Assembly: GCA_965243495.1 (NCBI GenBank)
Contig: CBDEUZ010000007.1
Location: 1,612,585-1,676,584, forward strand
Source: Dehalococcoidia bacterium
GTDB taxonomy: Bacteria > Chloroflexota > Dehalococcoidia > UBA6926
DNA length: 64,000 nucleotides
Direction of reading: 5' to 3'
Made by a program: the position numbers and the translations under genes. Under the pieces are notes generated by a model, which was given only the letters and a program-made list of their open reading frames with translations, was not told where the DNA came from and did no database searches. Positions 36,465-46,211 of the stretch are shown piece by piece. Position 1 is the stretch's first letter; the number at the start of each line of letters is the position of its first letter.

Positions 36465-39400
36465 TTAACCTGATCCGTTTTTCGGCTGCACCCAATACCG
36501 TCTACGCTGGAACGGGTAGCCGGGCACAGAGATTCTCCGACGCGACTCCCCCGCGAAGAATTTCACAAAGTCCACATTCTCTCCGGCCTCGTATGCCCGC
36601 GCTGCCATACCTACAGCCTCGCCGTCTCCATCCACCTCCGCGCCATTAGTCGAAGAAGAATCGTCAATGAGTCGCTGAAGTCCTGCCCGCAGTTCATCCG
36701 CGTCCCGGAAGACGACGCCTGCGCGATGCGCGAAATGGCTCCGCCCAATGGCCGCCGACCACGCCATGTCCGCGAGCGTCTCGTCGACACTTTCAGTTGG
36801 CTCCACGTGCGCGTCCAGCCAATCGTGGTACCGTTGTGCAAGATCGCGCAGTGCCGTTTCGTCCTTGGCTGAGAGCGGGAGGATACGAGTTGGCCGTCCA
36901 CCCGGTGTTTCGCTGCCATTCTCGTTCAACGCGTTCTCATCATGGACAGGCATGGGAGCGCCGGACGGCCAGAAACCATTGGTACTTTCCTGATCTCCAT
37001 TCTCAGTCTGATAACCTTCCACGATGATGTGGGCGTTGGCTCCGGTCATACCAAAGATGTTGATACCTGCGATAGGAATTCGTGCGCCGTTGCTCGGCCA
37101 CTCTGCCAGCTCTGAGGCAATCTGCAGGGGCATCCTCTCCCAATCAATCTCTGGGCTTGGTGTAGCGAAATGAAGGTTCTTAGGAATCATGCCTCTATTC
37201 ATGGACAAGATGACCTTGATGAGGCTGGCCATTCCGGATGCCGCTTCAAGATGCCCCATATTCGTCTTCACCGATCCAAGCGTCAACGGCCGGTTGCCGG
37301 GCCTGCCGTTGCCGTAGACGTTCGCAATGGCATTCGCCTCAATCGAATCGCCCAATGGAGTCCCGGTCCCATGAACTTCAACGTAATCAACGTCGGATGC
37401 CGAAACCCCGGATCTCTCCAGCGCCTCACGCATGACCTTTTCCTGCGCCACACCATTGGGGCTGGTGAAACTGAATCCCGCCCCGTTCTGGTTTACTGCT
37501 GAACCCCGTACGATACCCCAAATCCGATCCCCATCTCTCTCTGCATCGCTAAATCGCTTCAGCACGACAAAGCCGCAACCCTCACCACGGACATAACCGT
37601 CGGCCGATGCGTCAAAACTGGCTGTCTTACCGGTCAATGACAGGACACCCAGTTCGGCAAGAAACGTTGACGTTGACCGTGACAACGCGATGTTGACGCC
37701 CCCCGCAAGCGCGAGATTGATTTCACCGCGCTGCAATGCGACGACGCCTTGGTGTACGGCCGCGAGTGAGGAAGCGCAGGCCAAGTCGATGGGAATCGAT
37801 GGGCCCTGTAGACCAAGCGCGAAGGAGACCCGCCCGACGGCTACGCTCGGAGCCGATCCGAAAAGGTCGTCAGTGCCCAGCTCGGCCATCAGCTTGCGGT
37901 ATTCACTCCCGCTGATACCCGCGTACGTTCCCGTTCGGCTGCCCTTCAAGCTCTCGGCATCGATTCCTGCGTCTTCAAGCGCCTGCCATGCCGTTTCAAG
38001 GAGGAGACGTTGTTGTGGGTCCATGGTACGCGCCTCAATTGGCTGGATTCGGAAGAAGCGTGGATCGAACTCGTCGATGTTCTGGAGGAACGCGCCAAAT
38101 CGCTCGTACGAGTTCTCAGCTTTAGGATCGCCGAGCAGCCCCGTCCAGTCGCCACCGTCCATGCGTCCGTCCGTAACAGCGGACTCACCGTTCTCAAGCA
38201 GACGCCAGAAAGCATCTAGGTCCTCTGAACCCGGGAAACGACACGCCATGCCAACGATAGCGATGGCATCCTGATCCGTTTGTGATCGAACGCTCGGTGG
38301 TGCTGCGGGCTTTTCCACAACCGGTGTGGGCGGCGAGATCACTGGCGTTTCAATGACCGGGGTTGGGCGTGGTGGCGCTGGCAGTTCCACGACCGCTGCG
38401 GGGAGCGGCGCTGTGGGTTGTTGCACAACCGGCACGGTGGAGGGCGCGATTTCGCCCAGATCACCCGCCACGTGGGCGGCCAGCCTCGCAATGCTCGGGT
38501 AGTCAAACACGACGGTGTTTGGCGCGACGTATGCGCCGACGAGTGCCCGGTTGATTCTGTTCCGCAATTCGACGGCCATCAGCGAGTCCATGCCGAGTTC
38601 CGAGAACTCCGCTAAAGGTGCCGGCTGCGACGGCATCCGCATCACGGACTGTAGCTCCTTCTGGAGGAATCCGATGATCACCTGCTCACGCTCCTCAACG
38701 GCGACACTTCCGAGCCGGGCCAGTAAGGTCTCGCTTGCATCCGCCGATCCTGCGTCTTCGTCTGAATCCACGCGCTCGAAGTTCGCGAACAGCGGCGGAG
38801 TAGACCCAATGCTGTCAAGGAACGACTCCCAGTCGATGGACGTGACGGTTGCGTTCGTCCAATCCTGGCGAACCAGCCGATCAAAGGCGCGTATGCCCTG
38901 TTCAGGTGACATCCACAGTGTTCCCCGCTCCGCCAACTGCTCTTCGATGCGCTCCCGCTGCTCCGCCGCCTCTCCGATGTCCGACCACGCGCCCCATGCG
39001 ATAGTCTGACCGGCCAGCCCCATCGCGCGGCGGTGTCCGGCCAACTGATCCAGGAATGCGTTTGCGGCGGCATGGTTTGCTTGGCCGGGATTTCCAAAGA
39101 CACCGGCCGCGCTGGAGAACAGGATGAACATGTCCAGATCACGGTTCAGCGTTGCACGATGCAATTGCCATGCGCCGAGTACCTTGGGAGAAAGCACTTG
39201 TTCAAATGATTCCCACGTCTGGTTGGCTACTGAAGCGTCCGAGAGCACACCGACGCTGTGGATAATGCCTGCCAGCGGTGGGAGCGAGGCATCGATCCGC
39301 TCGAGCATGGCATCAATCGCCGTGCCATCAGTCACGTCGGCGAGTTCCACCTGCACGGTAACGCCTGCCTCGCGTAGCTCGTCGATGATTTCCTGTGCCT

Positions 39401-42400
39401 CCGGATCGGGTTCACGCCGTCCGTTGAGCACGATTGCGCCCGCGCCCTTGTCCGCGAGCCAGCGCGCTACCGCCGTGCCGATGCCGCCAAGCCCGCCCGT
39501 CACCAGGTACGTCCTGTCGCCGCGCAGGCTGCCGGTCTGCAGTGGAGAGTTGGCGATTACAATCTTGCCGATATGCCGCGCGTCCCGCATGAACTTCATG
39601 GCCGCCGGCCCCTCGGCAATAGACCACCGAGTATGTGGGAGTGGCGGGAGATCACCGATGCTTATTTTCTTCACCACGTCAACAAGAGCTGAGCCCGCAA
39701 TCTCTGGCTTACGTGTCTTGAACTCATCCAACGTGATGATGTGATAGTCCACGTCAGGCCGCGCTTCGGCCATTTCGTCTTCCGTCAGGATGTCCTCACG
39801 CGACAATTCGATGAATCGGCCGCCCTGGGCCAGACATGAAAGACTTGCGTCGATAAAGCCCTCTCCCGTCAGGCTGTTCAGCACGACGTCAACGCCGACG
39901 CCGCCCGTATCCTCGAGAATCTGCTGACCGAACGCCGTGCTACGGCTGTCATAGATGTGGTCAACGCCAAGCGACTGAAGGTATGCCTGTTTACGGCTGC
40001 TTGCAGTGGTGAATATCTCTGCTCCTGCGGCGCGGGCCATCTCAATGGCGGCAGTGCCAACGCCGCCCGCGCCGGCATGAATCAACACGCGTTCTCCGGC
40101 TTTCAGGCGAGAGGCTTCGAAAGAGAGCGCCACAGTCACGTATGCTGTCGGCATTGTTGCCAATTCAGTTGTCGTTGAACCGTCCGGTGCCTTGGTCACA
40201 AGGGCCGCCTTCGTCACCGTCTGCGGCGCGAGCGCGTCAAATGCCAGGCCAAGCACATGATCGCCGACTCCAACTGAGGAAACGTCCGCTCCGATGTCGA
40301 GCACGCGCCCAACAAGATCAAGGCCGAAGTTGTCAGCCTCCTCCACTCCAAGACCGATCATCACGTCGCGGAAGTTAAGGGTTGAAGCGTCAACGTTGAC
40401 GAGGACTTCATCCGGGTCGATTGTGCGCTCCGCCACGTCCTCAACATGAACATCTCCAAGATCGCCCGTCTCGTCCGGAACCAGCCGCCAGTCGGGAGTC
40501 TCCGGGAGCGAGAGCCGATCAGAAACGTTGTTGCCGCGGACGAGCCGAGCAGCCTGCCTGTAGCCCCTGCGCCAGACGACGTGATTCTCCGCGTCCGGAC
40601 GAAGTAGTTCGTCAACGAGTTCGGCGCCCCGCGCTCTGTCATCATCGAGGTCGATCATTCTCGCCTGCAGGGCGGGGATTTCACGGATCAGGGACTTACC
40701 GAACCCCCAGAGGGCTGCCCCTGCCGGCTCGATGAGCGGCTCGCGTCCGATGGACTGCGCCCCGCGCGTGATGATCCACGTGCCGGCTGACGGCGTCACG
40801 TCCGTGTCCAACAGCCCCTGGACCATCGCGAGGGCGGAGCCACCTGCTTGCCGAACGTCCGCGGACAATTCGTCGGTCGTCGCGTCCGAACCGTGACCAC
40901 TTGCCGCAATGAGATGAACGACACCCCGCAAAGGAACATCCTGTGGCAATCCTTCGAACAGCGCGCGCCACGACTCGCGATTCAACGAGTCGACGTCTGC
41001 GAGCGTCACCACCTGATTTCGTTCTGCCAGTTTGGTCGCCAACTCCTCGGCGATGCCGCCGTCATCTGCGGCAATAACCCATCCGCCGGGCTTCTCGATG
41101 ATTTCGGCGGGCGCTCTGGCAAGGAAAACGGAACGGTCGGGGGTTTCGGAAGAATCGCCTGAACCGAGTCCGAGAACCTGCGGGTCTTCAAATCCCGTGT
41201 CCGTTAGCGCCTGCGTCCACACATCTGGGCCGACGATTCCATGATTGGTTCGGTACTGGTCGTCAAAGCGCCACCACCCCTCCAGCGCGCCGAACGTCAC
41301 GTCTTGCCAGCCCATCCCCTCGAGAGCCTCCAGCGCAACCAGGTGGCCGGATGGCGCCAGGAGGCTCATGCAGTTGCGTAGAGTCTCATTGAGGGAAATC
41401 GTGTCGTGCAGGACATTTGCGGCGATGACGAGGTCATATCCATGTGAGTCAAAGCCCTGTTCGACCGGATCCTTTTCAATATCGAGAGGCCTGTAGTCTA
41501 TCGCGCCGTCGGCGGTTCCGAACCGCGCCTCACCCTCCGCGAAAAACCCGGCGGAAATGTCTGTGTATGCGTAGTCGAAGCGTCCGGCAGGGAGTTGAGG
41601 CAAGACGGATGCCGTGCCTGATCCTGTCCCCGCTCCTATCTCCACAATCCGAAGCATTCGCCCGTCAGGCAGATCCTTGATGAGAGCCGCGACGGCATCG
41701 CCCAGCATGGTATTGGCCGCGTGGGTTGCGGGGGAGGTGTTGAATAGATCGCCGGGTGTTGGGTAGCCGCTCCCGAACAGCACAGTCAGAGGATCTGTCT
41801 CTCTTTGCAGGATGCCGGGTAACTCCGCCGCAGTCCGCTGGCAAAGAGCAATTTCAATCGATCCATGAGGGTAGCGCTCCAGCATATCCGCGGCGAATGC
41901 GTCCGGATCAGGAGGCAATTCCGTCGGCAACGGGTCATTCGGTCCGACCAAAACATGGAAGCCGCCCGCCGTTTCCCGCATGACTCCCGCCCGCGCAAGA
42001 AGTTCAAAGATTCGCCTGAACAGCCTGGCGCGATCCCCCGTGATATCCAGTTCGGCGCTCAACGTCTCCGGGTCGATTACGCTTCCTGCAGCGGAATGAC
42101 AACCTAGATTGCGGACGGCGGTTAGCGCGAACGACCAGGAAAGTCGTTCAAGATCGGCCAGAAGACTGACGCGCTCGTCCCAGCCCACACCTTCGCGTGA
42201 GAGATACTCTTTGAACGTCGGCGTAGCGGCCTGAATTGCTGAAGGCTCCGCGAGGAAATCTGCAGGCTGCAGTGGGAGCAGGGGCCGGTCTTCCCAAATG
42301 ACATCGTAGAGCAGGTTTGACAGGCCCTCGTCCGCTGAGAACAGCGCCTCGCGAGTGGCTCGCTTGATCGTCAAGCCGATGATTCCGCCAAGCGGCTCAC

Positions 42401-45400
42401 CGTCAGGGCTATAGATAGTCACGTCCATGGCGAATACTTCGGGCGCACCGCGTCGGTTGTCCGTTACGACGTCGGAGGCTCTTTCGCGCATAGCGGCGTG
42501 GCACAGGACGCGGGACGGCAACGGGCCGCTCATCCACAGTCGCTCCCACGCAAAGGGCAAATACGTGGCCGTTCCGGCGGAATCATCGTCTATTCGTGCG
42601 GCGGACGCGACCTGCACGCAGCCATCGAGAAGAACCGGATGGAAATCAAGTCCGTTGCGAGCGAGCTCGTCAGGAAGAGTGACTTCTCCAAACGATGTGG
42701 CGTTTCCTGCCCACAGTCCCGTTACAACGCGGAACAGCGGGCCGAAATCGATTCGTATTTCCTCCTTGGCGCGATAGAACTCCGCAATGTCGATTTGGCG
42801 CAGACCGTCCCGCAATTCGTTCGGCGATATGGCCGTCACGTCGTCTGGCAGCCCACGCTGTTCGAGCGCTGAGCCCTTGGAGTGGAGCGTCCAGTTACTT
42901 TGGGTGTCGGACGTGCTGTAGATTTCGAAGCCTCGACCGTCCGGTCCGTTCTTGGAATCCATGATCACTTGAACGGTACGTTCAGCGGGCTCTGAAGCGT
43001 CGCTGTCCTGGGCATCGGCAAAGACCATAGCAGTCTGTATCTGCGTGTCATCAAGGGCGACAATTCCGTCGTAATCGGCCCGCGCGGCCGTCAAGGCCAT
43101 TGAGGCGTACATCGCTCCCGGCGCGATGACCCGCCCGAAGACGCGATGGTCGCTCAGCCACGCCGGAGCGGAGGGCGACGGACGGCTTTCAAAGGTCACC
43201 TCGCCGCGTGGGGAATCATGGCGAATTCCCAGTAACGGATGTCCTGCTGCTGCCTTTGGTTGCGCAGTCAGGTCGATCCAATGGCGGTAACGCTGGAAGG
43301 GGTAGCCGGGAGCTATGACCCGTCGGCGTGACTCGCCCGCAAAGAGGCCGGTGAAATCAATAGGGATGCCGGCGCTATACGCGTTTGAAACGGCGGTCAC
43401 AAAGCCGCGGGTGAGGTCTGTCGGCGGCTCGGTTTCATCATAAGGAGGTCTTTCCAGGCTTGAAAACATCGGCGGGTCTTTGACGGGCGCGCCTTGCGGC
43501 CAGAGCAGAGTAATCATGGGACTTAGGGTTGTAGCCGGGCCCAATTCAATGACACAATCCACACCCAATTCGGCTAGCGACTCCATGGAGTTCCGGAAAA
43601 GAACCCTTTGCCGCGAATGGCGGATCCAGTAGTCGGAATCGATTCGAACATCGTCCGCAAGAGGCTTTCCCGTGAAGTCACATATGAGCGTGACGTTGGG
43701 CTTTTGCGGCTCACGGATGATGTCAGAGGCTACGTTCTTCAGTTGATCCAGTACCGGCTCCAACATTGCGCTGTGAAATGCTGCGCTCGGCGGCAGAAGC
43801 CTGACGCGAACCTCCTGCTCCTCGAACTTCTGGGCAACAGCATTTACGTCGTTGGCGGGGCCGCTGATTACCTGGTTGATGCCGTGGTCGAGGCCTATGC
43901 ACAGCCGATCGTCGCCTGAAACAGCATGCTGCTCTTCAATCGCTTGCTGTATGGCGTCTTGCGGCGCGAAGATAGCCGCCATCGCGGCGCCCTCGGCCAT
44001 CGGGCTCATGATTGTTCCACGTGCAGTGACGAGGCGCATACCTTCTTCAAGCGAATAAACGCCGGCAGCCTGCGCGGCAGCGAACTCGCCGAGACTGTGT
44101 CCCGCAACGACGGACGGTGTAACGCCAATGCTTTCCCATAGGGCGGTCAGCATGCACTCAACTGCGTACGTTGCCGGCTGCGCCCAGGCCGAGTCATCAA
44201 GATTGCCGGAGCGCCCGAAAATCACATCAAGCAACGATTCGCCCCGCGCGCTCTGCATAACTGCTTCACAACGATCAAGGACTTCTCGCGCTACCGGCTC
44301 AGTCTCGTAGAGCGTCTGGGCCATGCCCGGCCACTGGCTGCCCTGGCCCGTATAGACGAAAGCAATCTTTGACGGAGCTGTTGTTGGGTTCTGAGAGCTC
44401 TTCTCTGCCAGTTGCTCCAACCCGGTGCGCAGTGAACCCGCGTCCTTGTACACAACACCTGAGCGATAACGGAAATGACTCCGTCCGATACTTGTCGTCC
44501 ACGTCAAATCCGAGAGGGCGGGGTCGGACGCGAGGGTATCCGGAGATGGCCCGCCGGACGTCTCGCTCAGCCGATCAAGATAGCGACCTACGAGTTCGCT
44601 CAGAGCCTCGGGTGACCTGGCAGATAGCGGCAGTACTCGCGTCTGACGTGGGCTGACGCCATCAGAGTCCGGAGGAGTCCGGGATTCAACTTCCTTGGGA
44701 GCGCCCAGAGGCCACATGGTTGTTCCGGCTGAAAGGGATGGTGTGCCGGGCGAGCCGTAGCCTTCAATGATGACGTGGGCATTCGTGCCGGACCATCCGA
44801 AACCGCTGACGGCAGCTCGCGGGGGCCTGCCGTCGACTTGCGGCCAGTCCATCGCCTTGGTCGGCACGCGCAGATTGGCCGTCTCCCAGTCAATTGCCGT
44901 AGAGGGATTCTCGAAATTGAGGTGCTTGGGGATGATGCCGCGCCGCATTCCCAGCACAACCTTCATGATTCCCGCAACGCCTGATGCAGGTTCAAGGTGC
45001 CCGAAGTTCGTCTTGACGGACCCGATAATCATCGGTTGGTCCGCCGGACGTCCACTGCCATATGCGGCTGCCGCGGCTTGTAACTCCGGGGGGTCACCAA
45101 CCGGTGTGGCCGTTCCGTGCGCCTCCAAGTAGTCCACGTCCACAGGGGTAAGCCGCGCTGAGGCCAGCGCATCACGGATGACGTTTTCCTGGGCGGAAGC
45201 GCTCGGCACGGTAAGGCCCTGGCTTGCCCCGTCCTGGTTGATTGCGGAGCCGCGAATGATTCCCCAGATGCGGTTGCCGTCCCGTTCTGCTTCGCTCAGA
45301 CGCTTGAGCACGATGATCCCGCAGCCTTCCCCGCGTAGATAGCCGTCCGCCGCCTCGTCGAACGTGCGACATATCCCGTTGGGTGAAAGCATCCCGGCCT

Positions 45401-46073
45401 GTCTTCGCAGGAACATGACCCTCGCGGAAAGCATCGCGTTGACGCCTCCGGCCAGCGCAAGATCCGACTCCCCGCGTTGAAGGCCCGCAACTGCTTGGTG
45501 CGTGGCAACGAGAGACGACGAGCAAGCCGTGTCGATAGCTATGGCAGGCCCCTCAAGGCCAAGCGTGTAGGAAACACGCCCAATAGCGGTGTTAAGGGTA
45601 CTCCCGCTGGCCGCATAGAGACTGGTGGCGGGATCATCCAGTTCAATTGACGCGACGGCCGAGTACCTGTACTCGTTGTTGGCAATGCCCCCATAGACAC
45701 CTGTGCGGGTTCCCTTGAGGCTATCCGGATCGATCCCCGCGTCTTCGAGGGCGCGCCAACTTGTTTCCAGCATAAGCCGCTGCTGCGGGTCCAGCAGCTG
45801 CGCCTCTATTGGCGCGATTCGGAAGAATTCGGCATCGAACTTGTCGATATCGTCGATGAATGCGCCGTAGTGGATAGTGTCGTTCTGCGTGGAGGGCATC
45901 TCAAGGAACTCGCCCATCCGGCCCGGCCCTTCGCCGATTCTCCCCTCTGTTCGCACCATGGTGCCCGATGCCAATAGCCGCCAATAGGCATCGTAGCCGT
46001 CAGCCCCGGGAAATCGGCATGCCATGCCGATGATAGCGATGGGTTCGTCCGTATGGGAGTTATATCCTGCCAT
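36465..46073 (-). CDS. SupA-type type I PKS/FAS: KS-AT-DH-cMT-ER-KR-ACP-KS-(AT-deleted linker)
   Basis: KS1 DTACSSS/HGTAT/GHLE; AT GHSLGE and AAFHS; DH HRVFGRVIAP; MT EIGAGTG; ER LIHAGAGGVG; KR TGGLGGIG; ACP LGMDSL; KS2 DLACASS/HGTGT/GHLE. Start 46073 or 46085. Confidence 0.93.
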   Translation of the reverse strand: MAGYNSHTDEPIAIIGMACRFPGADGYDAYWRLLASGTMVRTEGRIGEGPGRMGEFLEMPSTQNDTIHYGAFIDDIDKFDAEFFRIAPIEAQLLDPQQRLMLETSWRALEDAGIDPDSLKGTRTGVYGGIANNEYRYSAVASIELDDPATSLYAASGSTLNTAIGRVSYTLGLEGPAIAIDTACSSSLVATHQAVAGLQRGESDLALAGGVNAMLSARVMFLRRQAGMLSPNGICRTFDEAADGYLRGEGCGIIVLKRLSEAERDGNRIWGIIRGSAINQDGASQGLTVPSASAQENVIRDALASARLTPVDVDYLEAHGTATPVGDPPELQAAAAAYGSGRPADQPMIIGSVKTNFGHLEPASGVAGIMKVVLGMRRGIIPKHLNFENPSTAIDWETANLRVPTKAMDWPQVDGRPPRAAVSGFGWSGTNAHVIIEGYGSPGTPSLSAGTTMWPLGAPKEVESRTPPDSDGVSPRQTRVLPLSARSPEALSELVGRYLDRLSETSGGPSPDTLASDPALSDLTWTTSIGRSHFRYRSGVVYKDAGSLRTGLEQLAEKSSQNPTTAPSKIAFVYTGQGSQWPGMAQTLYETEPVAREVLDRCEAVMQSARGESLLDVIFGRSGNLDDSAWAQPATYAVECMLTALWESIGVTPSVVAGHSLGEFAAAQAAGVYSLEEGMRLVTARGTIMSPMAEGAAMAAIFAPQDAIQQAIEEQHAVSGDDRLCIGLDHGINQVISGPANDVNAVAQKFEEQEVRVRLLPPSAAFHSAMLEPVLDQLKNVASDIIREPQKPNVTLICDFTGKPLADDVRIDSDYWIRHSRQRVLFRNSMESLAELGVDCVIELGPATTLSPMITLLWPQGAPVKDPPMFSSLERPPYDETEPPTDLTRGFVTAVSNAYSAGIPIDFTGLFAGESRRRVIAPGYPFQRYRHWIDLTAQPKAAAGHPLLGIRHDSPRGEVTFESRPSPSAPAWLSDHRVFGRVIAPGAMYASMALTAARADYDGIVALDDTQIQTAMVFADAQDSDASEPAERTVQVIMDSKNGPDGRGFEIYSTSDTQSNWTLHSKGSALEQRGLPDDVTAISPNELRDGLRQIDIAEFYRAKEEIRIDFGPLFRVVTGLWAGNATSFGEVTLPDELARNGLDFHPVLLDGCVQVASAARIDDDSAGTATYLPFAWERLWMSGPLPSRVLCHAAMRERASDVVTDNRRGAPEVFAMDVTIYSPDGEPLGGIIGLTIKRATREALFSADEGLSNLLYDVIWEDRPLLPLQPADFLAEPSAIQAATPTFKEYLSREGVGWDERVSLLADLERLSWSFALTAVRNLGCHSAAGSVIDPETLSAELDITGDRARLFRRIFELLARAGVMRETAGGFHVLVGPNDPLPTELPPDPDAFAADMLERYPHGSIEIALCQRTAAELPGILQRETDPLTVLFGSGYPTPGDLFNTSPATHAANTMLGDAVAALIKDLPDGRMLRIVEIGAGTGSGTASVLPQLPAGRFDYAYTDISAGFFAEGEARFGTADGAIDYRPLDIEKDPVEQGFDSHGYDLVIAANVLHDTISLNETLRNCMSLLAPSGHLVALEALEGMGWQDVTFGALEGWWRFDDQYRTNHGIVGPDVWTQALTDTGFEDPQVLGLGSGDSSETPDRSVFLARAPAEIIEKPGGWVIAADDGGIAEELATKLAERNQVVTLADVDSLNRESWRALFEGLPQDVPLRGVVHLIAASGHGSDATTDELSADVRQAGGSALAMVQGLLDTDVTPSAGTWIITRGAQSIGREPLIEPAGAALWGFGKSLIREIPALQARMIDLDDDRARGAELVDELLRPDAENHVVWRRGYRQAARLVRGNNVSDRLSLPETPDWRLVPDETGDLGDVHVEDVAERTIDPDEVLVNVDASTLNFRDVMIGLGVEEADNFGLDLVGRVLDIGADVSSVGVGDHVLGLAFDALAPQTVTKAALVTKAPDGSTTTELATMPTAYVTVALSFEASRLKAGERVLIHAGAGGVGTAAIEMARAAGAEIFTTASSRKQAYLQSLGVDHIYDSRSTAFGQQILEDTGGVGVDVVLNSLTGEGFIDASLSCLAQGGRFIELSREDILTEDEMAEARPDVDYHIITLDEFKTRKPEIAGSALVDVVKKISIGDLPPLPHTRWSIAEGPAAMKFMRDARHIGKIVIANSPLQTGSLRGDRTYLVTGGLGGIGTAVARWLADKGAGAIVLNGRREPDPEAQEIIDELREAGVTVQVELADVTDGTAIDAMLERIDASLPPLAGIIHSVGVLSDASVANQTWESFEQVLSPKVLGAWQLHRATLNRDLDMFILFSSAAGVFGNPGQANHAAANAFLDQLAGHRRAMGLAGQTIAWGAWSDIGEAAEQRERIEEQLAERGTLWMSPEQGIRAFDRLVRQDWTNATVTSIDWESFLDSIGSTPPLFANFERVDSDEDAGSADASETLLARLGSVAVEEREQVIIGFLQKELQSVMRMPSQPAPLAEFSELGMDSLMAVELRNRINRALVGAYVAPNTVVFDYPSIARLAAHVAGDLGEIAPSTVPVVQQPTAPLPAAVVELPAPPRPTPVIETPVISPPTPVVEKPAAPPSVRSQTDQDAIAIVGMACRFPGSEDLDAFWRLLENGESAVTDGRMDGGDWTGLLGDPKAENSYERFGAFLQNIDEFDPRFFRIQPIEARTMDPQQRLLLETAWQALEDAGIDAESLKGSRTGTYAGISGSEYRKLMAELGTDDLFGSAPSVAVGRVSFALGLQGPSIPIDLACASSLAAVHQGVVALQRGEINLALAGGVNIALSRSTSTFLAELGVLSLTGKTASFDASADGYVRGEGCGFVVLKRFSDAERDGDRIWGIVRGSAVNQNGAGFSFTSPNGVAQEKVMREALERSGVSASDVDYVEVHGTGTPLGDSIEANAIANVYGNGRPGNRPLTLGSVKTNMGHLEAASGMASLIKVILSMNRGMIPKNLHFATPSPEIDWERMPLQIASELAEWPSNGARIPIAGINIFGMTGANAHIIVEGYQTENGDQESTNGFWPSGAPMPVHDENALNENGSETPGGRPTRILPLSAKDETALRDLAQRYHDWLDAHVEPTESVDETLADMAWSAAIGRSHFAHRAGVVFRDADELRAGLQRLIDDSSSTNGAEVDGDGEAVGMAARAYEAGENVDFVKFFAGESRRRISVPGYPFQRRRYWVQPKNGSG

Positions 46074-46211
46074 GAGCCCCCGCATGTTTCAGTAAGCACG
46101 TTCTTGGGCCGCAAGCCTGTGTCCACTATAGATAGCCGCTTTGTAACTGCCAATACGTCACAGCCCGATTTATCTATCATAGAGGCGCAAGTGAGACCCT
46201 TTCTCAGGATC

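Noticed and set aside
38280-38450. Pro-rich segment in the PKS (and the Pro/Thr tract at about 52600-52730) as tandem DNA repeats
   Set aside because: Low-complexity protein linkers without exact nucleotide repeat units.
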